A stretch of DNA of 64,000 bases, from positions 62,495 through 126,494 of the forward strand of contig JAUMVG010000003.1 in the NCBI GenBank assembly GCA_030530315.1, in the 5' to 3' direction. Below, one piece after another: positions 56,371 through 64,000 of the stretch; the first letter of the stretch is position 1, and each line of letters opens with the position of its first letter. A program made the translations under genes and the position numbers. Source of the DNA: Clostridia bacterium. Its GTDB lineage: Bacteria > Bacillota > Clostridia > Christensenellales > Aristaeellaceae. The notes below the pieces were generated by a model. It was not told the origin of the DNA. It searched no databases and was given only the letters and a program-made list of their open reading frames with translations.

Positions 56371-58044
56371 ATGCAAAAGCTGTTGCTGGAAGCCAACCAC
56401 ATCACAAAAACCTACGGAGAGCAGACCGTGCTGGACATCGACCGGCTGAGGATCTACGACGGCGAGCGCGTCGGCCTGATCGGTGAAAACGGCGCGGGAA
56501 AGTCCACGCTGCTGGCCCTGCTGGCCGGCGAGCTGGCCCCGGATGCCGGGGACGTGCGCCGGTATTGCCCGGCGTCGCTGATCCGCCAAAGCGGCGAGAC
56601 CCGCCTGGATGCCAACGCCCACATGGCCGCGGAGTTTCGCGCGCCGGAGGCCCGGGAGGGCCTCTCCGGCGGCGAGCAGACACGCCGGCGCATCGCCGGG
56701 GCCCTCTCCGAAGACGCGCCCCTGCTGCTGGCGGATGAGCCCACCACGGACCTGGACGCCGCCGGCATCGAGCGCCTTCGCCAGCGCCTCGCCGCCCACG
56801 ACGGCGCGCTGGTGCTCGTCTCCCACGACCGCTCCCTGCTGAACGCCCTGTGCAACCGCATCCTCCACCTGGAGGACGGGCATCTGGCCGACTTTCCCGG
56901 CAGCTACGCCGATTACCAGGCGGAGCTGGCCCGGCGGCGCAGCCGCCAGCAGTTTGAATACGACCAGTACCGGGCCGAGCGCTCCCGGCTCAAGGCCATG
57001 GCCCAGCAGAAGGCGGAGTGGGCCGCCTCCGTGCGGAAGGCGCCCAAGCGCATGGGCAACAGCGAGGCGCGCCTGCACACCCATGAGTATACCAACGCCG
57101 TGCTGCACCAGAGCGCGGCCAAGCGCATCGTTCAGAACCGCATGGATCGGCTGGAGGTCAAGGAGCGCCCCAGGGACCTGCCGGACATCCGCATGACCCT
57201 GGGCGTGGCCCATCCCATCGCCGCGAAGGTTGCCCTGACCCTGCGGTGCAGGCAGCTGCGGGCGGGCGACAGGACGCTGCTGGGAAACGCCGCCCTGGAG
57301 CTGCCCACCGGCTCCCGAACGGCCCTGATGGGCGAAAACGGCTGCGGCAAGACCACGCTGCTCCGGGCGCTGCGGGGCGAGCCCTCCCCGGGCACCCGCC
57401 TCGTGGGCGACGTGCGGCTGAACCCCGCCGCGCGGCCCGCCTGGTTCGACCAGGACCACGCCCGGACGCTGCGCTTCGACGCCACCGCCCTGGAAAACGC
57501 CCTGTCCGACTCCGCGCTGCCGGAGAGCGCGGCCCGCACGGTGCTCGCCCGGCTGAACCTGCGGGGCGACAGCGTGTTCAAGCCGGTGCGGGTGCTCTCC
57601 GGCGGCGAACGGGCCAAGGTCGCCCTGGCGAGGCTCCTGCTGTCGGACGCGAACCTGCTGCTGCTGGACGAACCCACCAACCACCTGGACGTGTTCACGA
57701 TGGAGGCCCTGGAGCAGCTGCTCTGCGGCTACGGCGGCACGGTGCTGTTCGTCAGCCACGACAGGGCCTTCGTCTCCGCCGCGGCCACCCGGATCGTCAC
57801 CCTGTCGGACAGGCGTCTGCAAACCTTCGAGGGCACGCTGGCCCAGCAGGAGGCGGAGGCCGCCCGGGACCGCCGGGCAGAGGATGCAAAGCTGGCCGCC
57901 ACGGCGCTTGAGATGCGCATGGCGGCGCTGGCCGGGCGCATGGCCGCCCCCAGGAAGGGCGACCGGCCGGAGCAGCTCAGCGCCGAATACGACGCGCTGG
58001 CCCGACAGCTTCGGGACCTGAAGCGAAGCCAAATCAAACAATAA
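56371..58044 (+). CDS. ABC-F family ATPase, ARE/Lsa-like ribosomal protection type
   Basis: Two NBDs (GENGAGKST / LSGGEQ, GENGCGKTT / LSGGERAK), no TMs, about 85-aa basic inter-domain linker; ATG 56371 lies 9 nt after GGGAAGGAG. Confidence 0.8.
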   Translation: MQKLLLEANHITKTYGEQTVLDIDRLRIYDGERVGLIGENGAGKSTLLALLAGELAPDAGDVRRYCPASLIRQSGETRLDANAHMAAEFRAPEAREGLSGGEQTRRRIAGALSEDAPLLLADEPTTDLDAAGIERLRQRLAAHDGALVLVSHDRSLLNALCNRILHLEDGHLADFPGSYADYQAELARRRSRQQFEYDQYRAERSRLKAMAQQKAEWAASVRKAPKRMGNSEARLHTHEYTNAVLHQSAAKRIVQNRMDRLEVKERPRDLPDIRMTLGVAHPIAAKVALTLRCRQLRAGDRTLLGNAALELPTGSRTALMGENGCGKTTLLRALRGEPSPGTRLVGDVRLNPAARPAWFDQDHARTLRFDATALENALSDSALPESAARTVLARLNLRGDSVFKPVRVLSGGERAKVALARLLLSDANLLLLDEPTNHLDVFTMEALEQLLCGYGGTVLFVSHDRAFVSAAATRIVTLSDRRLQTFEGTLAQQEAEAARDRRAEDAKLAATALEMRMAALAGRMAAPRKGDRPEQLSAEYDALARQLRDLKRSQIKQ

Positions 58045-58180
58045 CCGCTATGTTTACCTTGAAGGGGTAGAAAAAACATAAAGGGCCTGCTATAATGGGG
58101 TGTAATCGGCTGAAAACGGCCTTTTACACGAACATTATCGGCATCTATAGCAATTATCATTCGATTTTGAGGTGAATACA

Positions 58181-59455
58181 ATGTCCAATACCGCTATCGT
58201 GGGCATCAACTGGGGCGATGAGGGCAAGGGCCGCATGGTCGACTACTTCGCGGGCCAGTTTGACGTGGTCGTCCGCTACCAGGGCGGCAACAACGCCGGC
58301 CACACCGTCATCAACGAATACGGCAAGTTCGCGCTGAACCTACTGCCCTCGGGCATCTTCCACAGGGACGCCGTCAACCTGCTGGGCGCGGGCGTGGTGG
58401 TGGATCTGAAGCACATCAACGGCGAAATGGAGCGCCTGCGCGAAAAGGGCGTTCAGATCACCCCCGACAACCTGAAGATCTCCGACCGCGCCATCATGGT
58501 GCTACCTATCCATCCCAACCAGGACAAGTGGGAGGAGCAGCGCCTGGGCAAGGACCACTTCGGCTCCACCCTGCGCGGCATCAGCCCCATCTACGGTGAC
58601 AAGTACATGAAAAAGGCCATCCAGATGGGCGACCTTCTGCATCCGGCGACCCTTGAAAAGCACCTGAAGCGCCTGATCGACTGGAAGAACGACACCATCG
58701 TGCAGGGCTACGGCCAGGACAGGATCGACTTCGACGAGACCCTGGCCTGGATCCACGAGTGGGGCGACAGGCTGATCCCCCACATCTGCGACGCGGGCGA
58801 GCTGCTGCAAGGCGCCGTGGACGCGGGCAAGAGCGTGATGTTCGAGGCCCAGCTGGGCGCGCTCAGGGACATCCAGTACGGCATCTATCCCTTCACGTCC
58901 TCCTCCTCCCCGCTGGCGGCGGAGGCTCCCGTGGGCTGCGGCCTGCCGTCCATCAAGGTGGACGAGGTCATCGGCGTCACCAAGGCCTATTCCACCTGCG
59001 TGGGCGAGGGCCCCTTCGTGGGCGAGCTGGACGGCGACGCCGCCCATGACCTGCGCGAAGCCGGCGCGGAGTACGGCGCGGCCACCGGCCGTCCCCGCCG
59101 CGTGGCCTGGATGGACATTCCCGCCACCCGCTACGGCACCCGGCTGCAGGGCGCGACGGCGCTGGCGCTGACCAAGATGGACGTGCTGTCCTACCTCAAG
59201 GAGATCCCGGTCTGCGTGGCCTACAAGCTGAACGGCGAGACCATCGACCGCTTCCCCTACACCCCCGACCTGTACGACTGCGAGCCGGTCTACGAGACCC
59301 TGCCCGGCTGGAACTGCGACATCACCAAGGCCCGCAAGTGGGAGGACCTGCCCAAGGCGGCCCGCGATTACGTGGAGTTCATCGAGCAGCGCGTCGGCGC
59401 GCCCATCAAGTACGTGTCCGTCGGCGCGGAGCGCGAGGCCCTGATCATTCGATGA
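58181..59455 (+). CDS. purA: Adenylosuccinate synthase
   Basis: GINWGDEGKGRMVDY and YQGGNNAGHTV; ATG 58181 lies 6 nt after GAGGTG. Confidence 0.97.
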   Translation: MSNTAIVGINWGDEGKGRMVDYFAGQFDVVVRYQGGNNAGHTVINEYGKFALNLLPSGIFHRDAVNLLGAGVVVDLKHINGEMERLREKGVQITPDNLKISDRAIMVLPIHPNQDKWEEQRLGKDHFGSTLRGISPIYGDKYMKKAIQMGDLLHPATLEKHLKRLIDWKNDTIVQGYGQDRIDFDETLAWIHEWGDRLIPHICDAGELLQGAVDAGKSVMFEAQLGALRDIQYGIYPFTSSSSPLAAEAPVGCGLPSIKVDEVIGVTKAYSTCVGEGPFVGELDGDAAHDLREAGAEYGAATGRPRRVAWMDIPATRYGTRLQGATALALTKMDVLSYLKEIPVCVAYKLNGETIDRFPYTPDLYDCEPVYETLPGWNCDITKARKWEDLPKAARDYVEFIEQRVGAPIKYVSVGAEREALIIR

Positions 59456-60095
59456 ATTGATAATTGGTAATTGGGAATTGAGAATTAATGAATGTCGCTG
59501 CCGCGCTCCAATAGAAGGGCTTTTAACATGAATGATAATATCGTTCGAGATAAATCCTTCGCATTTGCGATTCGCATCGTACGTCTGTGTCAGTATCTCA
59601 AGGATGATAAGAACGAATACGTCTTATCGAAACAGCTTTTGAGAAGCGGCACATCTATCGGTGCGAACATTGTCGAAGCGCTTGATGGCGTCAGCAGAAA
59701 CGACTTCCTGAACAAAATGGGCATCTCATTGAAGGAATGCTCTGAAACGCTTTACTGGATAGAGTTGCTCTATCAGACCGATTACCTGACCCAGACACAG
59801 TATGACAGCATTCGCTCAGATGGCCTGGAACTCAGAAAGATTCTCGCCAGCATCACCAAGACGAAGAAGGACAGTCGCGACACCAGGCGATAGCCGGCAA
59901 CTGTAGCGCGTCTGTTTCTAAAATGCTTGAAGCGCATTTTCGGCGTATTACGCGGAAATCGCCTTGAAATGCAGACCCAAGGTGCCACGTCAAAATCCTG
60001 ATTTTGCCGTGGCAGTCTGGCCAACACTCGAAACTGCATCTCCCAGCATGTAAAACACACTCTAATTCTCAATTCACAATTCCCAATTCTCAATT
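59455..60095. mobile_element. Heptamer-array-bounded cassette carrying a four-helix-bundle gene
   Basis: Five tandem AATTGNN heptamers 59455-59489 and five NNCAATT heptamers 60061-60095 in mirror orientation; interior AT-richer than flanks; no recombinase. Confidence 0.6.
59528..59893 (+). CDS. Four-helix-bundle protein (23S rRNA intervening-sequence protein family)
   Basis: KSFAFAIRIVRLCQYL...LSKQLLRSGTSIGANIVEA...ISLKECSETLYWIELL matches the family pattern as I recall it. Confidence 0.85.
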   Translation: MNDNIVRDKSFAFAIRIVRLCQYLKDDKNEYVLSKQLLRSGTSIGANIVEALDGVSRNDFLNKMGISLKECSETLYWIELLYQTDYLTQTQYDSIRSDGLELRKILASITKTKKDSRDTRR

Positions 60096-60114
60096 GACCA
60101 AATCGGAGGTTACC

Positions 60115-61542
60115 ATGAACAAAAGCACCTACGAAACCCCGCTGAACAGCCGCTACGCGAGCCCGGAGATGCAGTACATCTTCTCCCCCGACAAGAAATT
60201 CACCACCTGGCGCAAACTGTGGGTGGCGCTGGCGGAGAGCGAGATGGAGCTGGGCCTGCCGGTCACGCAGGCGCAGGTGGACGAGCTGAAGGCGCACATC
60301 GAGGACATCGACTACGAAAACGCCCGCAAACACGAGCAGCGGGTGCGCCACGACGTCATGGCCCACGTGCATGCCTACGGCGACGTGTGCCCGAACGCCC
60401 GGGGCATCATCCACCTGGGCGCGACGAGCTGCTATGTCACCGACAACGCGGACATACTGATGCTGCGCGACGCCCTGACGCTGATCCGCGAAAAGCTGGT
60501 GGAGGTGCTGCGCCGCCTGCGCAAGTTCGCCTGGGAGTACAAGGGCCTGCCCTGCCTGGGCTACACTCACCTGCAGCCCGCCCAACTGACCACCGTCGGC
60601 AAGCGCGCCACGCTGTGGATGCAGGATCTGACCATGGATCTGGACGAGGTCAACTTCGCCCTGTCGAGCCTTAAGCTGCTGGGCAACCGCGGCGCCACGG
60701 GCACGCAGGTCAGCTTCATGGAGCTGTTCGACGGCGACGGCGACAAGGTGGACGAGCTGGAGCGGCGCATCGCCGAGAAGATGGGCATGGAGGCGGTGTT
60801 CGACGTCTCCGGCCAGACCTATCCCCGCAAGCTGGATTCCCGCGTGCTGGGCTGTCTCTCCGGCATCGCCCAGAGCGCCTATAAGTTCGCCCAGGACCTG
60901 CGCCTCTTGCAATCCTTCCGCGAGGTGGAGGAGCCCTTTGAGAAGAGCCAGATCGGCTCCTCGGCCATGGCCTACAAGCGCAACCCCATGCGCTCCGAGC
61001 GCATCTGCGCGCTGTCCCGGCACGTGATGGCCGTCTATCAGGACGCCGCCATGACCGCCGCCACCCAGTGGTTCGAGCGCACGCTGGACGACTCCGCCAA
61101 CCGCCGCCTGTCGCTGCCCGAGGCCTTCCTCGCCACCGACGCGGTGCTGGAGCTGTACGCCAACATCGCCGACGGCATGGTGGTCTATCCGAAGATGATC
61201 GAGAAGCGCGTGATGGAAAACCTGCCCTTCATGGCCACCGAGGACATCATCATGGAGTCCGTCAAGAACGGCGGCGACCGCCAGGAGATCCACGAGCGCG
61301 TGCGCGTGCACTCCCAGGCCGCGGCCACCCGCATGAAGGCCGAGGGCCTGGAGAGCGACCTCATGGAACGCATCGCCGCCGACCCCGCCTTCCCCATCAG
61401 CCACGAGGCGCTGACCGCGCTGCTGGCCCCGGAGAAGTACACCGGCCGCGCCGAGGCGCAGACCGAGCGCTTCCTGACCCACACCGTGGACCCCATCCTG
61501 GCGAAATATGACGCCGTGGACATGGGCAAGATAAGCGTATAA
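60115..61542 (+). CDS. purB: Adenylosuccinate lyase
   Basis: YETPLNSRYASPEMQYIFS N-terminus and GSSAMAYKRNP signature; GGAGG RBS 60105-60109. Confidence 0.95.
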   Translation: MNKSTYETPLNSRYASPEMQYIFSPDKKFTTWRKLWVALAESEMELGLPVTQAQVDELKAHIEDIDYENARKHEQRVRHDVMAHVHAYGDVCPNARGIIHLGATSCYVTDNADILMLRDALTLIREKLVEVLRRLRKFAWEYKGLPCLGYTHLQPAQLTTVGKRATLWMQDLTMDLDEVNFALSSLKLLGNRGATGTQVSFMELFDGDGDKVDELERRIAEKMGMEAVFDVSGQTYPRKLDSRVLGCLSGIAQSAYKFAQDLRLLQSFREVEEPFEKSQIGSSAMAYKRNPMRSERICALSRHVMAVYQDAAMTAATQWFERTLDDSANRRLSLPEAFLATDAVLELYANIADGMVVYPKMIEKRVMENLPFMATEDIIMESVKNGGDRQEIHERVRVHSQAAATRMKAEGLESDLMERIAADPAFPISHEALTALLAPEKYTGRAEAQTERFLTHTVDPILAKYDAVDMGKISV

Positions 61543-61630
61543 CGAATTTTCAAGCATACATTCCGGGAACCGCGCGACTCAGCCGCGCGGTTCCCGGCCG
61601 CAAATATACCAATACAAGGGAGGCCAAAGC

Positions 61631-62584
61631 ATGCGCAAATACGCCGTAGGCATCGACGTGGGCGGAACCCAGATCAAACTCGGCCTGTTCGATGAGAACA
61701 TGCAGCTGCTCTCGGAGCAGCGCTTCCTGACGGACAAGGACAGCACCGCCGTCGAACTGATGAACTTCCTCGACCAGCAGGTGCGCGCCATGGTGGAGCG
61801 GACCGGCCTGACGCTGGAGGATATCCGGGGCGTCGGCGCGGCCTTTCCCTCCTCCATCGACACCAAGCGGGGCGTCGCCCTGGAGAGCAGCAACATCGTG
61901 CTGCTGAACGACCAGCCCGTCCGCGACATGCTCCAGCAGCGCCTGGAGCTGCCCGTCTACGTGGACAACGACGGCAACGTGGCCGCCCTGGCGGAGCACC
62001 GCTACGGCGCGGGACGGGGCTATGATGACATGATCTATGCCACGCTGGCCACCGGCATCGGCGGCGGCCTGATCCTCAATGGCAAGCTCTACCGCGGCAT
62101 GCACGGCATGGCGGGCGAGATCGGCCACATGTTCATCTCCGATTCCACCGGCTATCCCTGCGCCTGCGGGGTCATCGGCTGCGTGCACTCCATCTGCTCC
62201 GGCGTCTACATGGCCCGCTACGCCATGGACCGCATCAAGGAGGGCGAGGAGAGCCGCATCCTGGACTACGCCGGCACCGTGGCCAACATCGACATGGTGG
62301 CCGTGGGCCGCGCGCTGCAGATGAACGATCCTCTGGCGCTGGAGGTGGTCAACCGCGGCGCGGAATACCTGGGACGCATGTTCCACAGCCTGAACCAGAT
62401 CTTCGACATCAACATCTTCGTCTACGGCGGCGGCATCACCAACCTGGGCCACCGGTTCACCGACCGGATGATCGCCTCCTATCGCCACCACTCCCTGATC
62501 GACCAGATGTATCCCGCAAAGTTCCTGCCCGCCGAACTGGGTGAGCGCGCGGAGATCATCGGCGCGGCGCTGCTGGTGCCGTAA
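61631..62584 (+). CDS. ROK family sugar kinase
   Basis: GIDVGGTQIKLG ATP motif and the ROK Zn motif CACGVIGCVHS. Confidence 0.85.
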   Translation: MRKYAVGIDVGGTQIKLGLFDENMQLLSEQRFLTDKDSTAVELMNFLDQQVRAMVERTGLTLEDIRGVGAAFPSSIDTKRGVALESSNIVLLNDQPVRDMLQQRLELPVYVDNDGNVAALAEHRYGAGRGYDDMIYATLATGIGGGLILNGKLYRGMHGMAGEIGHMFISDSTGYPCACGVIGCVHSICSGVYMARYAMDRIKEGEESRILDYAGTVANIDMVAVGRALQMNDPLALEVVNRGAEYLGRMFHSLNQIFDINIFVYGGGITNLGHRFTDRMIASYRHHSLIDQMYPAKFLPAELGERAEIIGAALLVP

Positions 62585-62676
62585 GGGAAGCCCCTCGCCT
62601 TCGATAAAGCCGCCTCATTGTAACCGAACCGCAGCGACGACCGCGCCGGCGATCCCCCGACTGAAAGGAGCGCGAC

Positions 62677-63489
62677 TTGAACCAGCTGTTTTCCCGACCG
62701 GACTGGTACTGCGCCCCCTGCGGGAATCTGCGGGCCGCGGTCACCGAGCAGGCCATCCCCGGCATGCCGGCCTTCATGGGCGGCCTTCGGGTGATGTTCG
62801 CGGCCGACTTCCACGTCCTCGACCGCACCACAGACGGCGAGATCGCGGCCCTGGTCGACCTGATGGCCTCCAGGCAGCCCGACCTCCTCCTTCTCGGCGG
62901 CGACTACGGCGACACCGCCCCTCTGGCGGAGCGCCTCTTTGCCGCGCTGGGCCGCCTGTGCCCGCCCCTTGGGGCCTATGGGGTCATCGGCAACAACGAC
63001 GCCGAGGCCTGGCAGGGCCGCCTGCGCGACCTGCGCCGCGTCATGGCCCGCGCGGGCTGCAGGCTGCTGGTCAACCAGTCCGCGCGCCTGGCGGTAAACG
63101 GCGGCACGCTGTTCATCGGCGGCGTGGACGAAGGCCTCTACGGCAGACCCGACGCCAGCGGACTCTATCCCGAGCGCCCCGCGCCCGACGCTTGCCGCAT
63201 ACTGCTGAGCCACTACGCCCGGGTGCCGGAAAACCCGCCTGAGCTGATGCTCAGCGGCCACACTCACGGCGGTCAGTTCAACCTGCTGGGCGTCACGCCC
63301 TTCACCATCGGCTTCGAGCGCCTGTTCCACTCCCGGCACACCCACCGCCGCGTGGCCTCCCAGGTCATCGCGGGGCTGCGCGAGACCGGCGGCACGAAGC
63401 TGCTGGTCACCAAGGGCATCGGCGCCAGCCGCATCCAGTGGCGCGTCGGCGTGCGGCCGGAGATCAACCTGCTGCGCTTTGAGCCGTGA
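62677..63489 (+). CDS. Metallophosphoesterase
   Basis: GGDYGD, GNND and SGHTHGGQ motifs; TTG start 6 nt after AAAGGAG. Confidence 0.8.
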   Translation: MNQLFSRPDWYCAPCGNLRAAVTEQAIPGMPAFMGGLRVMFAADFHVLDRTTDGEIAALVDLMASRQPDLLLLGGDYGDTAPLAERLFAALGRLCPPLGAYGVIGNNDAEAWQGRLRDLRRVMARAGCRLLVNQSARLAVNGGTLFIGGVDEGLYGRPDASGLYPERPAPDACRILLSHYARVPENPPELMLSGHTHGGQFNLLGVTPFTIGFERLFHSRHTHRRVASQVIAGLRETGGTKLLVTKGIGASRIQWRVGVRPEINLLRFEP

Positions 63490-63674
63490 CGACGTCCTCT
63501 CGCTGTCCCCCGAGGCGGCGCCAGGAAGGCGGCGGCGATAGGCCCTTGAAGCCTCCGCGCGCGGAATGCCTGAGCACTTCTGGGCCGTTTCAAGCGCGCC
63601 TTTGCGCGATCTTTGCAGACCTCGGTCGGCATTTGTGCATGTTAAATAAAAAGCATGAAATTTGCAAAAGGCCA

Positions 63675-63703
63675 TTGACTTTGCCCAGTGCAGCGGCTAT
63701 AAT
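63675..63703 (+). promoter_or_regulatory. Near-consensus sigma-A promoter
   Basis: TTGACT 63675-63680, 17-nt spacer, TATAAT 63698-63703. Confidence 0.75.
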
Positions 63704-63709
63704 AGAGAC

Positions 63710-63950
63710 AGTTCAAGGCGATGTGCTGAGAACGCCAAACCGGTCAATATCCTGTGGTGTGCGTTAGTCAAAGCTTTTACCCACAGATTCATAAAAGGAT
63801 TCCGGGTCGGTATGCAGATGCCAAGCCTCCTTCGCAGTGGAAGGCAGCAAGCAGCCGCAGGTCTCCGCCCTGCCTGAGCGGCGGGTGAAAAAGCAGCGAC
63901 AGACGGCACTTACGGGATATCTTAGGAGCTCGCGAGGGCTCCATTTTTTT
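63710..63950 (+). ncRNA. Unclassified structured RNA (stand-alone sRNA or riboswitch-type leader)
   Basis: No credible ORF or RBS between promoter and terminator; several local stems and an 11-bp long-range pairing 63747-63757 with 63910-63920; class not recognised. Confidence 0.45.
63925..63950 (+). terminator. Rho-independent terminator
   Basis: GGAGCUC-GCGA-GAGGGCUCC: 7 bp including one G-U, GNRA tetraloop, then A and seven T. Confidence 0.8.
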
Positions 63951-64000
63951 ATGCCTCCAAGCAGTTTATTCCGCCACCCGCCCGCGTATATATTCCTGTC

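Noticed and set aside
50716-61557. Minus-strand ORFs of 744, 770, 718 and 591 aa opposite the beta-helix, GH3, ABC-F and purB genes
   Set aside because: Antisense artefacts with His/Gly/Val/Ala/Asp-rich repetitive translations. Each overlaps a plus-strand gene with strong motifs.
63710-63950. Identification of the orphan RNA as SRP RNA or a cobalamin riboswitch
   Set aside because: GGAAGGCAGCAAGCAGCC loosely recalls SRP domain IV, but the universal GGAA-tetraloop helix cannot be drawn. GGAGACCTGC and CCACTGC B12-box-like words occur only on the minus strand and in the wrong order. The RNA is left unclassified.
1-64000. CRISPR arrays, tRNA/rRNA genes, prophage, integrase/transposase genes, toxin-antitoxin or known defence systems
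   Set aside because: I read the intergenic regions on both strands. I found no regularly spaced direct repeats with unique spacers, no cloverleaf-like tRNA, and no recombinase or nuclease motifs. The window appears to be core chromosome plus small non-autonomous repeats.

Overview
High-GC (by eye above 60%) chromosomal segment from an endospore-forming Firmicute of Clostridia type; Spo0A and SpoIIP are present, and the taxon is inference only. I support about 50 tightly packed protein genes.

Gene content in order:
- MFS transporter and two divergent MATE efflux pumps.
- spoIIP plus a DUF1614 gene.
- A CDP-alditol / teichoic-acid-type module: SDR, cytidylyltransferase and two TagF-like polymerases.
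- spo0A.
- A 2567-codon cyclic beta-1,2-glucan-synthase-like gene.
- rsmD, alr and a U32 Fe-S protein.
- A four-gene SGNH / DUF4358 / MBOAT / DHHW O-acylation cluster.
- A TlpA-like redoxin with a long extension.
- A sirtuin.
- Two glycan-utilisation loci: GH67, GH2 and an LplABC-like ABC system under an AraC regulator; and an ABC system with a GH120-like beta-helix protein and GH3. serS lies between them.
- A VanY-like peptidase divergent from an ARE-type ABC-F gene.
- purA and purB, a ROK kinase and a metallophosphoesterase.

I saw no rRNA, tRNA, CRISPR array, transposase, integrase or recognisable defence system, and I found no clear new multi-gene system.

The non-coding fraction is the most unusual part:
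1. A 641-bp AT-richer cassette between purA and purB, bounded by mirror-image arrays of five tandem heptamers and carrying only a four-helix-bundle (23S rRNA IVS protein family) gene.
2. A gene-less miniature of the same architecture inside an ABC operon.
3. At least three other families of palindromic or MITE-like intergenic repeats.
4. An orphan, roughly 240-nt structured transcript unit with a consensus promoter and an intrinsic terminator at the right edge.
5. An ABC-F leader with a hairpin that sequesters the Shine-Dalgarno sequence.

All product calls rest on motif recognition by eye. No database search or computation was run.
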